Of a stretch of DNA of 64,000 bases, positions 38,658-47,456 are shown piece by piece; position 1 is the first letter of the stretch; every line of letters begins with the position of its first letter. The stretch spans positions 5,525 to 69,524 of the forward strand of contig JBAXUS010000007.1 of NCBI GenBank assembly GCA_037129555.1, read 5' to 3'. Source of the stretch: Planctomycetota bacterium. GTDB taxonomy: Bacteria; Planctomycetota; SZUA-567; H5-PLA8. Made by a program: the position numbers and the translations under genes. Below the pieces are notes generated by a model. That model was not told where the DNA came from. It saw only the letters and a list, made by a program, of their open reading frames with translations, and made no database searches.

Positions 38658-39488
38658 ATGAGTAAGAAGCACTTTCGGACCATTTGGATCTCGGATACCC
38701 ATTTATGTTCGCGCGATTGTCGCGCGGATTATCTCTTAAGCTTTCTGAAACACACCAAGTCTGAGCAGCTCTATTTGGTCGGCGACATCATCGACGTGTG
38801 GCAACTGAAGCGGCGATGGTTTTGGCCTCAGCCGATCAACAATGTCATTCAAAAGATTTTGAGTCGAGCGAAAAAGGGAACTCACGTCACGTACATTCCT
38901 GGAAATCACGACGAGTGTTTGCGTGATTTTGTCGGTGCCACGTTCGGCGATGTCAGCTTGAAAATGGACGCGATTCACACCACTGCCGATGGCAAGCGTT
39001 ACCTTGTTCTGCACGGCGATGTTTTTGACGCGGCCGTGCAACACAACCGGTGGCTCGCGGTGCTCGGCGACGCGGCTTACGGATGGCTGATTTATTTGAA
39101 CGGTGTGCTGAATTTCTTTCGCAAGCTGCTCAATCTCCGTTATTGGTCGCTCTCTGGCTACATCAAGGGCCGGGTCAAAAATGCGGTCAGTTACATCAAC
39201 AAATTTGAAGAAGTCGTCGTCGGTTACGCGCGCCAGCAAAATGTGGATGGCGTAATTTGTGGACACATCCACCAACCCGCGATCAAGACCATTGCGGGAT
39301 TGCAATACTGCAACACGGGCGATTGGATCGAAAATTGTACGGCGTTGGTCGAGCATTTTGATGGCCGGCTCGAACTGTTGAACTGGCTCAAGGATTGGCC
39401 GGAAATCGCCGCTCAACCGATCGTTGACGAGGAAGATGACGACGTCGTCGTACCACTTCCAGATGCACTTCAAGGGTTTGGAGCGTAG
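38658..39488 (+). CDS. LpxH-family metallophosphoesterase (UDP-2,3-diacylglucosamine diphosphatase-like)
   Basis: IWISDTHL, LVGDIIDVWQLKRRWFWPQ, YIPGNHDE, VLHGD, CGHIH. Confidence 0.78.
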   Translation: MSKKHFRTIWISDTHLCSRDCRADYLLSFLKHTKSEQLYLVGDIIDVWQLKRRWFWPQPINNVIQKILSRAKKGTHVTYIPGNHDECLRDFVGATFGDVSLKMDAIHTTADGKRYLVLHGDVFDAAVQHNRWLAVLGDAAYGWLIYLNGVLNFFRKLLNLRYWSLSGYIKGRVKNAVSYINKFEEVVVGYARQQNVDGVICGHIHQPAIKTIAGLQYCNTGDWIENCTALVEHFDGRLELLNWLKDWPEIAAQPIVDEEDDDVVVPLPDALQGFGA

Positions 39489-39646
39489 AACAAGCCCTTC
39501 ATGTTTCCGCGAAAAATCTGTTGCAAAGATCGCGTTGTGATTCGTGTCCCGTCATGCTGTTGACCCCGAAAGCCTATGACACACCGGCTGAGGGCTCAGT
39601 GGCTTGACGGGTTTTTTAATTGTGCGGATTGTCAGTGAATGGCGAC

Positions 39647-39677
39647 AAAAAAGAGGCGATTGAATCGCCTCTTTTTT
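39647..39677. terminator. Bidirectional Rho-independent terminator
   Basis: aaaaaa-gaggcgat-tga-atcgcctc-tttttt between convergent genes. Confidence 0.9.
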
Positions 39678-39705
39678 CGTAAACATTTTGAATTGACAGC
39701 CTGAA

Positions 39706-42033
39706 TTACTTTTGTGCTTCGGCCAGAATGCGGTCGGCGAAGAACTCGCGGGCGTTGACGCGTTGCGCAGCTTCGTGCGGGCAGGCGTAGACGCAACTCG
39801 GAGTCGACAAGTCCGTGCACAAATCGCAGGTGACGGCCTTCTTTTGAATGTTCGCCTTCTGGAAGCCCGGACGTTCCGGATCGTCCACCATTCCTTCGCC
39901 TGGGAATTGGTGCATGTTGATGTTGCCGTAGGGACACTGCTCAGCGCACAGCCCGCAACCCACACACCAATCTTCGATGATGATTTCGAGCGTTTCTTTG
40001 CGCCGAATCGAACCGACCGGACAACCGACCATGCACAGCGGATCCATGCAGCTTCGGCAGGACGTCGGCACCAGGAATTTATCGAAGCGCATGCCTTCGC
40101 GGACCAATCGGGTGACGCCATCGTGCGCGTCCGAACAGGCGCGGACGCATTCGTCGCAGCGTGTGCATTTTTCCAAATCGAGAAGCAGCAGACTCTGCGC
40201 GTGCATCAATCCTTGGCTCAAGAAGTTCGTGAGCGGAATATCCGGCGCACTCTTGGCAACCAATGACGCCTGCTTTTCGCGCTTCGCCGCTTCAGCTTCG
40301 AAACTCTTTCTCAAGCTATCGTACCAACTCAGCATGAAGTCAAAGTGGACTTTGCGGATACAGACGACTTCGACATGATCCAGTGCGGTGCAGCTTGCCG
40401 TGCGCGGGCCACCTTTGAGCAAGCCCATTTCACCGAAGTATTCGCCTCGTCCTAAGTACGTCAACACCATTTCGCCGCCCGGATGGCTCTGGCTGATCTT
40501 CACGCAACCGACGCGGATTAAGTAAAACGCGTCCGCCGGGTCGCCCTGCTTGACAATGACTTGGCCGGCATCGAAGCGCAGCAATTCAACGCGATCTTTG
40601 AGCTGCTTGATGAAGCTCTCGTCCAAGTCTTTGAAGATCGGAACGCTGCGCAAATGCTGCGCGAGCGCTCGTTCGCGGTAGTTCTTGTCCAGCTTGTCCT
40701 TGAATTTCTTGTTCTTCTGCAACGTCTGCAACACATTTCGGAGCATTTCAATAATCGTACATTCTTCGGTTGCGCGAACCGTCGCCGAGCGAGGTTGGAA
40801 GCTCATGCAAGTCATTTCGCCGAAGAGGTCTTCTTCTTGCAGCATGGCGATCGGATGATCGAGTGACAGATCCGTCGGGCCGTCGTTTCGAATCATTTTA
40901 CCGCTGGAATTTTCGCGCACTTCATCGGTCTTTGTGCGCGTCAAACCGCCGGTGAATTTCTTCAGCATGCCGAAAATACCGGAGCTGTTTTCTTTGGTCT
41001 TATCGCTCTTGATTTGGCCGATAGGCGTGTTGAGGAAGACCTCCGCCTTGCCACTGAGAATATAAAACGCGGTCGATCCGAATTCGCCTTCGCGGCAAAC
41101 GATGTCGCCCTTTTTGAATTTGCGGAGCAGGATGCTACCTTGATTGCGCTTCAGGAACTCCGGCGAAATCGCGGAGAACATCGGCATCTTAATGAGCTCT
41201 TCGACGCTGAGTACTTCGGACGCGTTAGTCGCTCCCAACTTGCCAGCTGCTTTACCGATGATGCTCTTGCTCATCACTTCGGCCTGGCTGGTGATGGCAC
41301 CGGTCGGACACGAAATCATACACTCGCCGCAATTGACGCAGGACGACTGGCCCATCGGCTTGTTCATGTCGAACGAGATGCTGGTGGCGTAACCCTTGCC
41401 CATGCGACCGATGACGTTGTTGTGTTTCACGTCGGTACAGGCGCGAACGCAGCGGTCGCAGACAATACACGCGCTGTGGTCGATGGCGATATCAACGTTG
41501 CTGAGATCGTGGCCTTTGGCGAAGAGGAACTTGCTGAGATCCGCAGGTTCACTGCCGCAGGGCGATGCCGTCTGCTTATCGTGCGCACGAGATTCAAAAC
41601 GCGGCTTATAAGGTGCAGGTGCCATGGCGTTGGCGAGCAACTCATCGACCGGCGCCTTCAGGATACCGAGCTTTTCGGCGAGCAGTTCAAGTTCGCAACT
41701 GTGCGTTTCCTTGTGGCGGTCGCACGGCACAGGATGGTCAGCCAGAAGCAATTCAACGAGCATCTTGCGCGACCGTTCGAGCCGGTCGTTGGAGGTCGTG
41801 ACCTCCATATTGCTTTCGCACGGCCGGACGCATGACGCGGCGAATACGCGGGCGCCTTTGACTTCAACAACGCAGGCGCGGCACACGCCGATTGGAGTCA
41901 GCGGGGGCTTGTGGCAGAGCACAGGAATGGGAATGCCGACGGTTTGCGCGGCATCCCAAATGCTGGTGCCTTCCGGCACCGTTACGTCTTTGCCATCGAT
42001 CTTTAGTGTGACAGTCTTCAGTGGGGCAGTCAT
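39706..42033 (-). CDS. Multi-cluster Fe-S protein: NuoG/HoxU-type N-terminus + 2 cNMP-binding domains + DmsB/NrfC-like 4-cluster domain
   Basis: 2Fe-2S pattern LCHKPPLTPIGVCRACVVEV...SC; CIVCDRCVRAC; CVNCGECMISCP. cNMP cassettes FGEMTCMSFQPRSATVRA and FGEMGLLKGGPRTASCTA. C-terminal CTRCDECVRAC, CRSCMDPLCMVGCP, CVGCGLCAEQCP, CDLC..PSCVYACP. Confidence 0.85.
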   Translation of the reverse strand: MTAPLKTVTLKIDGKDVTVPEGTSIWDAAQTVGIPIPVLCHKPPLTPIGVCRACVVEVKGARVFAASCVRPCESNMEVTTSNDRLERSRKMLVELLLADHPVPCDRHKETHSCELELLAEKLGILKAPVDELLANAMAPAPYKPRFESRAHDKQTASPCGSEPADLSKFLFAKGHDLSNVDIAIDHSACIVCDRCVRACTDVKHNNVIGRMGKGYATSISFDMNKPMGQSSCVNCGECMISCPTGAITSQAEVMSKSIIGKAAGKLGATNASEVLSVEELIKMPMFSAISPEFLKRNQGSILLRKFKKGDIVCREGEFGSTAFYILSGKAEVFLNTPIGQIKSDKTKENSSGIFGMLKKFTGGLTRTKTDEVRENSSGKMIRNDGPTDLSLDHPIAMLQEEDLFGEMTCMSFQPRSATVRATEECTIIEMLRNVLQTLQKNKKFKDKLDKNYRERALAQHLRSVPIFKDLDESFIKQLKDRVELLRFDAGQVIVKQGDPADAFYLIRVGCVKISQSHPGGEMVLTYLGRGEYFGEMGLLKGGPRTASCTALDHVEVVCIRKVHFDFMLSWYDSLRKSFEAEAAKREKQASLVAKSAPDIPLTNFLSQGLMHAQSLLLLDLEKCTRCDECVRACSDAHDGVTRLVREGMRFDKFLVPTSCRSCMDPLCMVGCPVGSIRRKETLEIIIEDWCVGCGLCAEQCPYGNINMHQFPGEGMVDDPERPGFQKANIQKKAVTCDLCTDLSTPSCVYACPHEAAQRVNAREFFADRILAEAQK

Positions 42034-42057
42034 TGAAGAGCCTCTCGTGTTCAGGTG

Positions 42058-42112
42058 GAGCCGACGGTTATCCGGCTCTGTGTTGAAGAACGAGCCGAAA
42101 AGATTTCGGCTC
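42058..42112 (-). other. Two tandem GAGCCG...CGGCTC hairpins in the nuoEF / Fe-S gene spacer
   Basis: gagccg-N9-cggctc (42058-42078) and gagccgaa-N5-ttcggctc (42092-42112). Confidence 0.7.
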
Positions 42113-42129
42113 CACGATCTTTGAACATT

Positions 42130-43830
42130 TTATTTCTTGATCTTCGCGTCAATTTCGTTCTTGAAGTACTTCAAGACAGACTGAATCGGTGCCGGAACGA
42201 CTTGACCCAAACCGCAGATCGAGGTCATGATCAGCGTGTCGGAGAGCTGTTCAATATCGTCCAAATCGGCCTTCGTACCATTGCCTTTGTGAATTTTGTA
42301 AATGATGTCGACCATCTTCTGCGAGCCGACACGGCACGGAACGCACTTTCCGCACGATTCATTGCGGTAGAAGCGCGTCGCGTTCAACGCCATCTCGACC
42401 ATGTCGGTGCCTTCCGCAATAGCGACAATCGCGCCGGAGCCGAGCATCGATCCGGCATCTTGCATGATCTTGAAGTCCATCGACAGATTCATCATCGACG
42501 GCGGAAGGAATCCGCCTGAAGGGCCTGACGGAGCGAAGGCTTTGATCTTCTTCCCACCCAACATGCCGCCACCCAATTTGTTGATGGCTTCTTCGTAAGT
42601 CGTGCCCATCGGCACTTCGAAGACACCGGGCGTATTGACGTGTCCGCTGACGCCGATCCATTTCAAACCCGCGCATCCATTGATACCCTGGGACTTAAAC
42701 CAATCCGGGCCTTTGTGCAGTATGCAGGGAACATACGAGAGCGTTTCAACGTTGTTGATGACCGTCGGCTTGCCCCACAATCCCACAAAAACGGGGAAGG
42801 GCGGCTTTACGCGCGGCTGGCCTCGGTGGCCTTCGATGGCTTCGAGCAGCGCGCTTTCTTCGCCTTGGATGTAACCGCCGGGCGAGACAAACACTTCGAG
42901 GTCAAAGGTCTTGCCCGATCCCAGCACATTCTTGCCGACAATGCCGAGTTTCTTGGCGACTTCGATTTCTTTCTCCATGGCATGAATCTGATCGTGGTAT
43001 TCGTGGCGGATGTAAATAAATCCGCGCTTCGCTCCGACGACGATTCCGGCCAACACCATGCCTTCGACCAGAAGCCACGGCACGTTCTTCATCAACTCGC
43101 GATCTTTAAAGGTGGCGACTTCACATTCGTCGGCGTTACACACAACATACTTTTCATCGCCCGGCGCTTTATTGACGGCTTCCCATTTTGAACCCGTCGG
43201 GAATCCTGCGCCACCCATTCCGCGCAATCCGCCCGTTTTCAATTTCCCGATCACATCCCCAATCGGACCGAGACTGGCAACGCCCTTCACAGCCGATTCA
43301 ATCGCCGCTTGCTCTTCGCTTTGCGGTGCGGGATGTAGAATGTTATTGATCAGCGTCTTGATCGCGCCGTAGCGTTCACCTTCGTTGGCGTACGGATCGG
43401 ACTTAAACGGACCTTTGAGTCCCGGGAAATGTTGCTCGGGGACTTCCTTGCCCGCAAGCGCCTGCTTGACTAACTCAAGCAACGCCGCGTGCCCTTGACC
43501 GGCGTACGGATGATCGTTGATCAGAATGCCGGGAGCGCGATCACATTGTCCCAGACACGAGACGTGACCGACGTGAACGTCGGAGCGTCCTTTGCAGAGC
43601 GCTTCGATGTCGGTGCGCAATTTGTCGCACCCGTTCAGGGCGCAGGGAAAATCGCCGCAGACGCGAACATCGACTTTGGGCGGCGGCACCATTCTAAAAT
43701 GCGGATAGAAGGTGGCGACACCATGCAAATCGTAAACAGGAATATTGAGCCGCTGCGACAGAGCTGTGAGCTCTTTTTCAGGGACATAGCCGTGTTTGTG
43801 CTGGATCTCGTGCAGTTCTTTTATAACCAA
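42130..43830 (-). CDS. NuoE-NuoF fusion (NADH dehydrogenase flavoprotein module)
   Basis: NuoE motifs: VCGDFPC...C and SCLGQCDRAP. NuoF motifs: GGAGFPTGSKW, NADECEVATFKDR, ESCGKCVPCRVG, SICGLGQ. TTG 43830 (GAAAGG 6 nt upstream, N-terminus MVIKELHEIQ) is preferred over ATG 43968. Confidence 0.88.
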   Translation of the reverse strand: MVIKELHEIQHKHGYVPEKELTALSQRLNIPVYDLHGVATFYPHFRMVPPPKVDVRVCGDFPCALNGCDKLRTDIEALCKGRSDVHVGHVSCLGQCDRAPGILINDHPYAGQGHAALLELVKQALAGKEVPEQHFPGLKGPFKSDPYANEGERYGAIKTLINNILHPAPQSEEQAAIESAVKGVASLGPIGDVIGKLKTGGLRGMGGAGFPTGSKWEAVNKAPGDEKYVVCNADECEVATFKDRELMKNVPWLLVEGMVLAGIVVGAKRGFIYIRHEYHDQIHAMEKEIEVAKKLGIVGKNVLGSGKTFDLEVFVSPGGYIQGEESALLEAIEGHRGQPRVKPPFPVFVGLWGKPTVINNVETLSYVPCILHKGPDWFKSQGINGCAGLKWIGVSGHVNTPGVFEVPMGTTYEEAINKLGGGMLGGKKIKAFAPSGPSGGFLPPSMMNLSMDFKIMQDAGSMLGSGAIVAIAEGTDMVEMALNATRFYRNESCGKCVPCRVGSQKMVDIIYKIHKGNGTKADLDDIEQLSDTLIMTSICGLGQVVPAPIQSVLKYFKNEIDAKIKK

Positions 43831-44060
43831 GCTCAGCCTTTCCGCTCGGAAGTGTGCCGATGAATTAATCCAGGTTGTTTGCCGCCTGTGCGCCAGCACA
43901 TCGTCAACGCCGCTGAATTCGTTTGGCCACTCCGAACTTCGTTTTGTCGCGCAGCTACCAGAGAACAAATTGTATGGGTAATCGTTTCAAAATCATAGTC
44001 CGCTCCCGCAGCTTGTCAAGGCAAGCCGCGAATTTTTTTCAACGGCAAACAGCGAAAGGC

Positions 44061-44211
44061 TTTTAACATCGAATAACGCGAATAAACGCGAATGAATTGG
44101 GAACAAAGGAGGAGGAGAACCGGTATCGCACTTTCCGCTCCAAACTTTTCCCATCAACCTCTAAAATTATTCGCGAAGATTCGCGTTTATTCGCGTTATT
44201 CGATGTTAAAA
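44061..44211. repeat. Perfect 33-bp terminal inverted repeats around an 85-bp core (MITE-like or giant hairpin)
   Basis: ttttaacatcgaataacgcgaataaacgcgaat (44061-44093) is the exact reverse complement of 44179-44211. Confidence 0.9.
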
Positions 44212-44232
44212 AGTCGTTCGCCGTTCGCCGTT

Positions 44233-47200
44233 TCACTTCGAAGCCCGCAGAAACGCGATCAAATCCGCGAGGTCCTGCGCCGGGATCAGCGTCTCAAATC
44301 CGTCCGGCATCACCGACACAGTCCCCGGCTCGATCTTCGCAATATCCGCGCGCCGAATGTGCTTCTCCGTCTTCGGATCAATCGCCAGAACAACCTCATC
44401 CGCACCGTCTTTTTTCAGAATCCCATTAAAGCGCTCGCCGCTCGTCGTTTTGACGGCGAACGGCTCGTAACTCCGCACAAAACTCGCGCTGGGATACACG
44501 ATGGCTTCGAGCAAATCGCGCTCCGTCCGCGTCTTCCCGATGCTGGTCAAATCCGGTCCCAACGTCCCGCCGAGATACCCGGTCGCGTGACACGTCGAAC
44601 ATGCATTCTTCGCCGAATGAAACACCACATGCCCGCGCTGCACATCACCCGGCGGAAGCTTTTTCAGGAGCTCATCCAAATGCGCCGCTTGAGCCGCCGC
44701 GTTCGGACTAAGTTCAGCGAGCCACACCGCCGCAGCGTCTTGAACGGCCTTCGAGTATTTCGCAAACACAGGCCGCACAATCTCCGGACGAAGGCTCTTC
44801 GAATAGTTCGATGATTTTAATGCGTCCAAGAGGAGCAGGCCGATTTCGTCCGTGGTGTTTCGTTCGAAGATTGGAAGCAACTGGCGAATTTCCATCGGCC
44901 CGACAAAATCGTTGATGGCCTTCGCGAGTCTCTTCTTGTGCGGGGCTACCAAGTCGATTTTCACCAGCCCCGCGCATGCAGCGTTCCGCTCTGCTGACGG
45001 ATTTGTGGGTTCGAGCGCATGAATGAAGAATTCGAATAGATCGGGAAGGATGTCGCATTGAAAGCCGCTTGAGGTCGCGTGAATGGCGAGCATGGCGTTC
45101 AAGCGCGTGAGTGGCGGATAGGCGTCCGATCGTGTCACATCGTAAAGAGTCCCTGCCAGTTCAATGGGTTCTACTTTTCCTAATTGGTTAAAATTTTTCG
45201 GTCGTTTGTAGGCGCGCACGGCATCGATCCCGTCGTCCAGCAGCGCGCCTTTCAGCGATGGGATTACTTTTGTCAGACAATTAATCCACGCGTCGGGCGT
45301 CTCTTTCACGTCGGCTCCGGCCATTGCGCGCAGAGCGATTCGTTGCGCGTCCGGATTGGACGGAGCGGAGACCGTTCGGGCAAGTAATTCCTGAACTTTC
45401 GGTGTCTTCGCAAACGTCGAAAGCTGCCGAACAAGCTGTCCTTGATCCACGCCTTTTTCGTTGGGAGCCGCCAGCTTTTTCGTGAGATAATCGACCACGG
45501 CGTCGCCCCATTCAGGATGGTGGCCGACGACCCAATTGGCGGTGCGGTTCAATTCGGGTTCGGGTCGTTCGAGAAATGGAATGATCTCTTCGGGCTTGAG
45601 ATCCGAACCCGTCAATTGGTCGAGCACCACCATGGCCGCGCGGACGCAATGAACATCAGCAGAGGTCAGTTGTTTGCGGGCGTTTTCACCATGGTTGCTG
45701 GATATTTCCGCGAAGATAAAGGCGTGTTCCAACGCACGAATTCGCGGATCGATTGGAGTGCCGGAATCGGTGCATTGATTGTCGTATTTCCAAAGAAATT
45801 GAGGAAGCACGAGATAATCCAATTGCACGTTCGCTCGTCCCAACGCTTCAAAGGCCTGGCGCGCTGCAGTTACATCATCGTCGAAGGGGCCTGGTCTGTG
45901 TTGATTCAGAAGACGTTGCGCGAGCATTTGCAACTTCTCTCGATTTGCTGCAGCTTGCAGAGAAGTGATATGTGCGGCCACGCTCGCAACTGTTGGGTCC
46001 TTGTCCAGCATCCATTCTGCATGCAGCTTGAATGTCGGAATGACCTCATACAACCGAGCCAACGCCCACAACGCATTTCGTCGCGCTTCACTATTTGTTG
46101 ATTTATCGGCCACATCCATCAGCGCCCACGCGGTTGGATCGCTAGCGCGGTCTCCAAGTGTTTCAATCGCGCGCCTGCGCACAAATACGCGTTCATCGCC
46201 CAAGTATTTCGCACATTCCTCGTCCTTCAGCTTCTTCCATTCGATCTTTAATCCGCGAGGGTCGTCCAGAGCGACCGCGTCCTTTTTCTTCACGCGATAA
46301 ATTGCTCCCAACACATCCGGCTTGGCGAGTTGCGAGGTGGGGCAACAGATTTTGTACCACCCGCCGGTATCTGCCACTAGCACGCTCCCGTCGGCGTCTT
46401 CGAGCACATCGGTGGGATGAAAATCGGGGCTGTCGGAGGAGAGGAAATCGGAGTCCCGAGTTGTGTACGTCTCGCGGTCTTGATCAAGAATTGTTCGGAT
46501 GACTTTGTGGAGATTGAAGCTGCACGTGAACAGGTTGTCGTGGTACCCGTCGCCGAAGATATTGGAGTCGTAACACATCATCCCGCACGGAGCCGCCGCG
46601 CCCCAGTTCGTCAGCACCGGCATCACGTCACCCGTCATCACGTGGCCGTTCAAAACGTCATGAACTTTCCCATACACGCCGCCATAAATCGCATGGATCA
46701 ACCCGTCGCGTTTTCCGCCCGCGGGATGCTGAAAAAACGTGCACGACAAAAAGCGTTCGCCGACCGAATTGAACGCCAGCCCCACCGGATTATCCATCCC
46801 GCCCGTCAGCACCGGTTCGACATTCGTTCCGTCCGGCCGAGCTCGGAAAATATGCGCAGCCTTCGACGCAAATGGCTTCCCGTTCGGCAGCGTAATCGTC
46901 TGCTCAGCAAACGCGCCCTTGCACCAATAAATCCACCCGTCGCGCCCTAGATACGGCCCATGCAAATCGTTCGCGCATCCCGTCAGCGTCTTGCCATCGT
47001 GCCAAATCTCGCGCTTGTCCGCGACGCCATCGCCATCGGTGTCCGTCAATTTCCAAATCTGCGGCGGAGCCGAAACCAGCAGCGAGCGACCGTACCATAA
47101 GCACCCTTCCGGAAACATCATCTTGTCCGCAAACACGACGCTCTTTTCAAACACGCCCTTCGCATTCGCCGCATCCAAACGCACGACTCGATGCGGCTTC

Positions 47201-47430
47201 GTTTCAAGCTGCTTCTGAGCCTTGTCGCTCATCCCCGCCGAATCGGTAACATACAATCGCCCCTGCTCGTCGAACGACATGTTAATCGGCCTATTGACCA
47301 ACGGTGGCCCGGCCACGAGTTCGACTTCAAACCCGTCCGGAACCGTCAGCGTCTGAGTCCCGAATTTGAATTGCGCGGCAGACGCATGTGAGATCGCAAG
47401 GAGTGCGCAGAGAATGAGAAGGCGATTCAT
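44233..47430 (-). CDS. PVC-type heme-binding CxxCH protein (beta-propeller dehydrogenase-like domain + HEAT repeats + cytochrome c)
   Basis: Signal peptide, N-terminal propeller (LYVTDS..., DGWIYW), a long HEAT-like middle, and C-terminal ACSTCHATGYLGGTLGPDLTSIG. Confidence 0.82.
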   Translation of the reverse strand: MNRLLILCALLAISHASAAQFKFGTQTLTVPDGFEVELVAGPPLVNRPINMSFDEQGRLYVTDSAGMSDKAQKQLETKPHRVVRLDAANAKGVFEKSVVFADKMMFPEGCLWYGRSLLVSAPPQIWKLTDTDGDGVADKREIWHDGKTLTGCANDLHGPYLGRDGWIYWCKGAFAEQTITLPNGKPFASKAAHIFRARPDGTNVEPVLTGGMDNPVGLAFNSVGERFLSCTFFQHPAGGKRDGLIHAIYGGVYGKVHDVLNGHVMTGDVMPVLTNWGAAAPCGMMCYDSNIFGDGYHDNLFTCSFNLHKVIRTILDQDRETYTTRDSDFLSSDSPDFHPTDVLEDADGSVLVADTGGWYKICCPTSQLAKPDVLGAIYRVKKKDAVALDDPRGLKIEWKKLKDEECAKYLGDERVFVRRRAIETLGDRASDPTAWALMDVADKSTNSEARRNALWALARLYEVIPTFKLHAEWMLDKDPTVASVAAHITSLQAAANREKLQMLAQRLLNQHRPGPFDDDVTAARQAFEALGRANVQLDYLVLPQFLWKYDNQCTDSGTPIDPRIRALEHAFIFAEISSNHGENARKQLTSADVHCVRAAMVVLDQLTGSDLKPEEIIPFLERPEPELNRTANWVVGHHPEWGDAVVDYLTKKLAAPNEKGVDQGQLVRQLSTFAKTPKVQELLARTVSAPSNPDAQRIALRAMAGADVKETPDAWINCLTKVIPSLKGALLDDGIDAVRAYKRPKNFNQLGKVEPIELAGTLYDVTRSDAYPPLTRLNAMLAIHATSSGFQCDILPDLFEFFIHALEPTNPSAERNAACAGLVKIDLVAPHKKRLAKAINDFVGPMEIRQLLPIFERNTTDEIGLLLLDALKSSNYSKSLRPEIVRPVFAKYSKAVQDAAAVWLAELSPNAAAQAAHLDELLKKLPPGDVQRGHVVFHSAKNACSTCHATGYLGGTLGPDLTSIGKTRTERDLLEAIVYPSASFVRSYEPFAVKTTSGERFNGILKKDGADEVVLAIDPKTEKHIRRADIAKIEPGTVSVMPDGFETLIPAQDLADLIAFLRASK

Positions 47431-47456
47431 AAAGGCGACTCCAGTTGTATTCGGCT

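Noticed and set aside
39552-40121. A 189-aa minus-strand ORF spanning the terminator and the 3' end of the Fe-S/cNMP gene.
   Set aside because: It is out of frame with the real gene, crosses a strong bidirectional terminator, and has a low-complexity Ser/Arg/Ala-rich translation.
44092-44814. A 240-aa plus-strand ORF starting inside the inverted-repeat element.
   Set aside because: It starts in the MITE-like element and runs antisense to the well-supported PVC heme-protein gene. The translation is Arg-rich junk.
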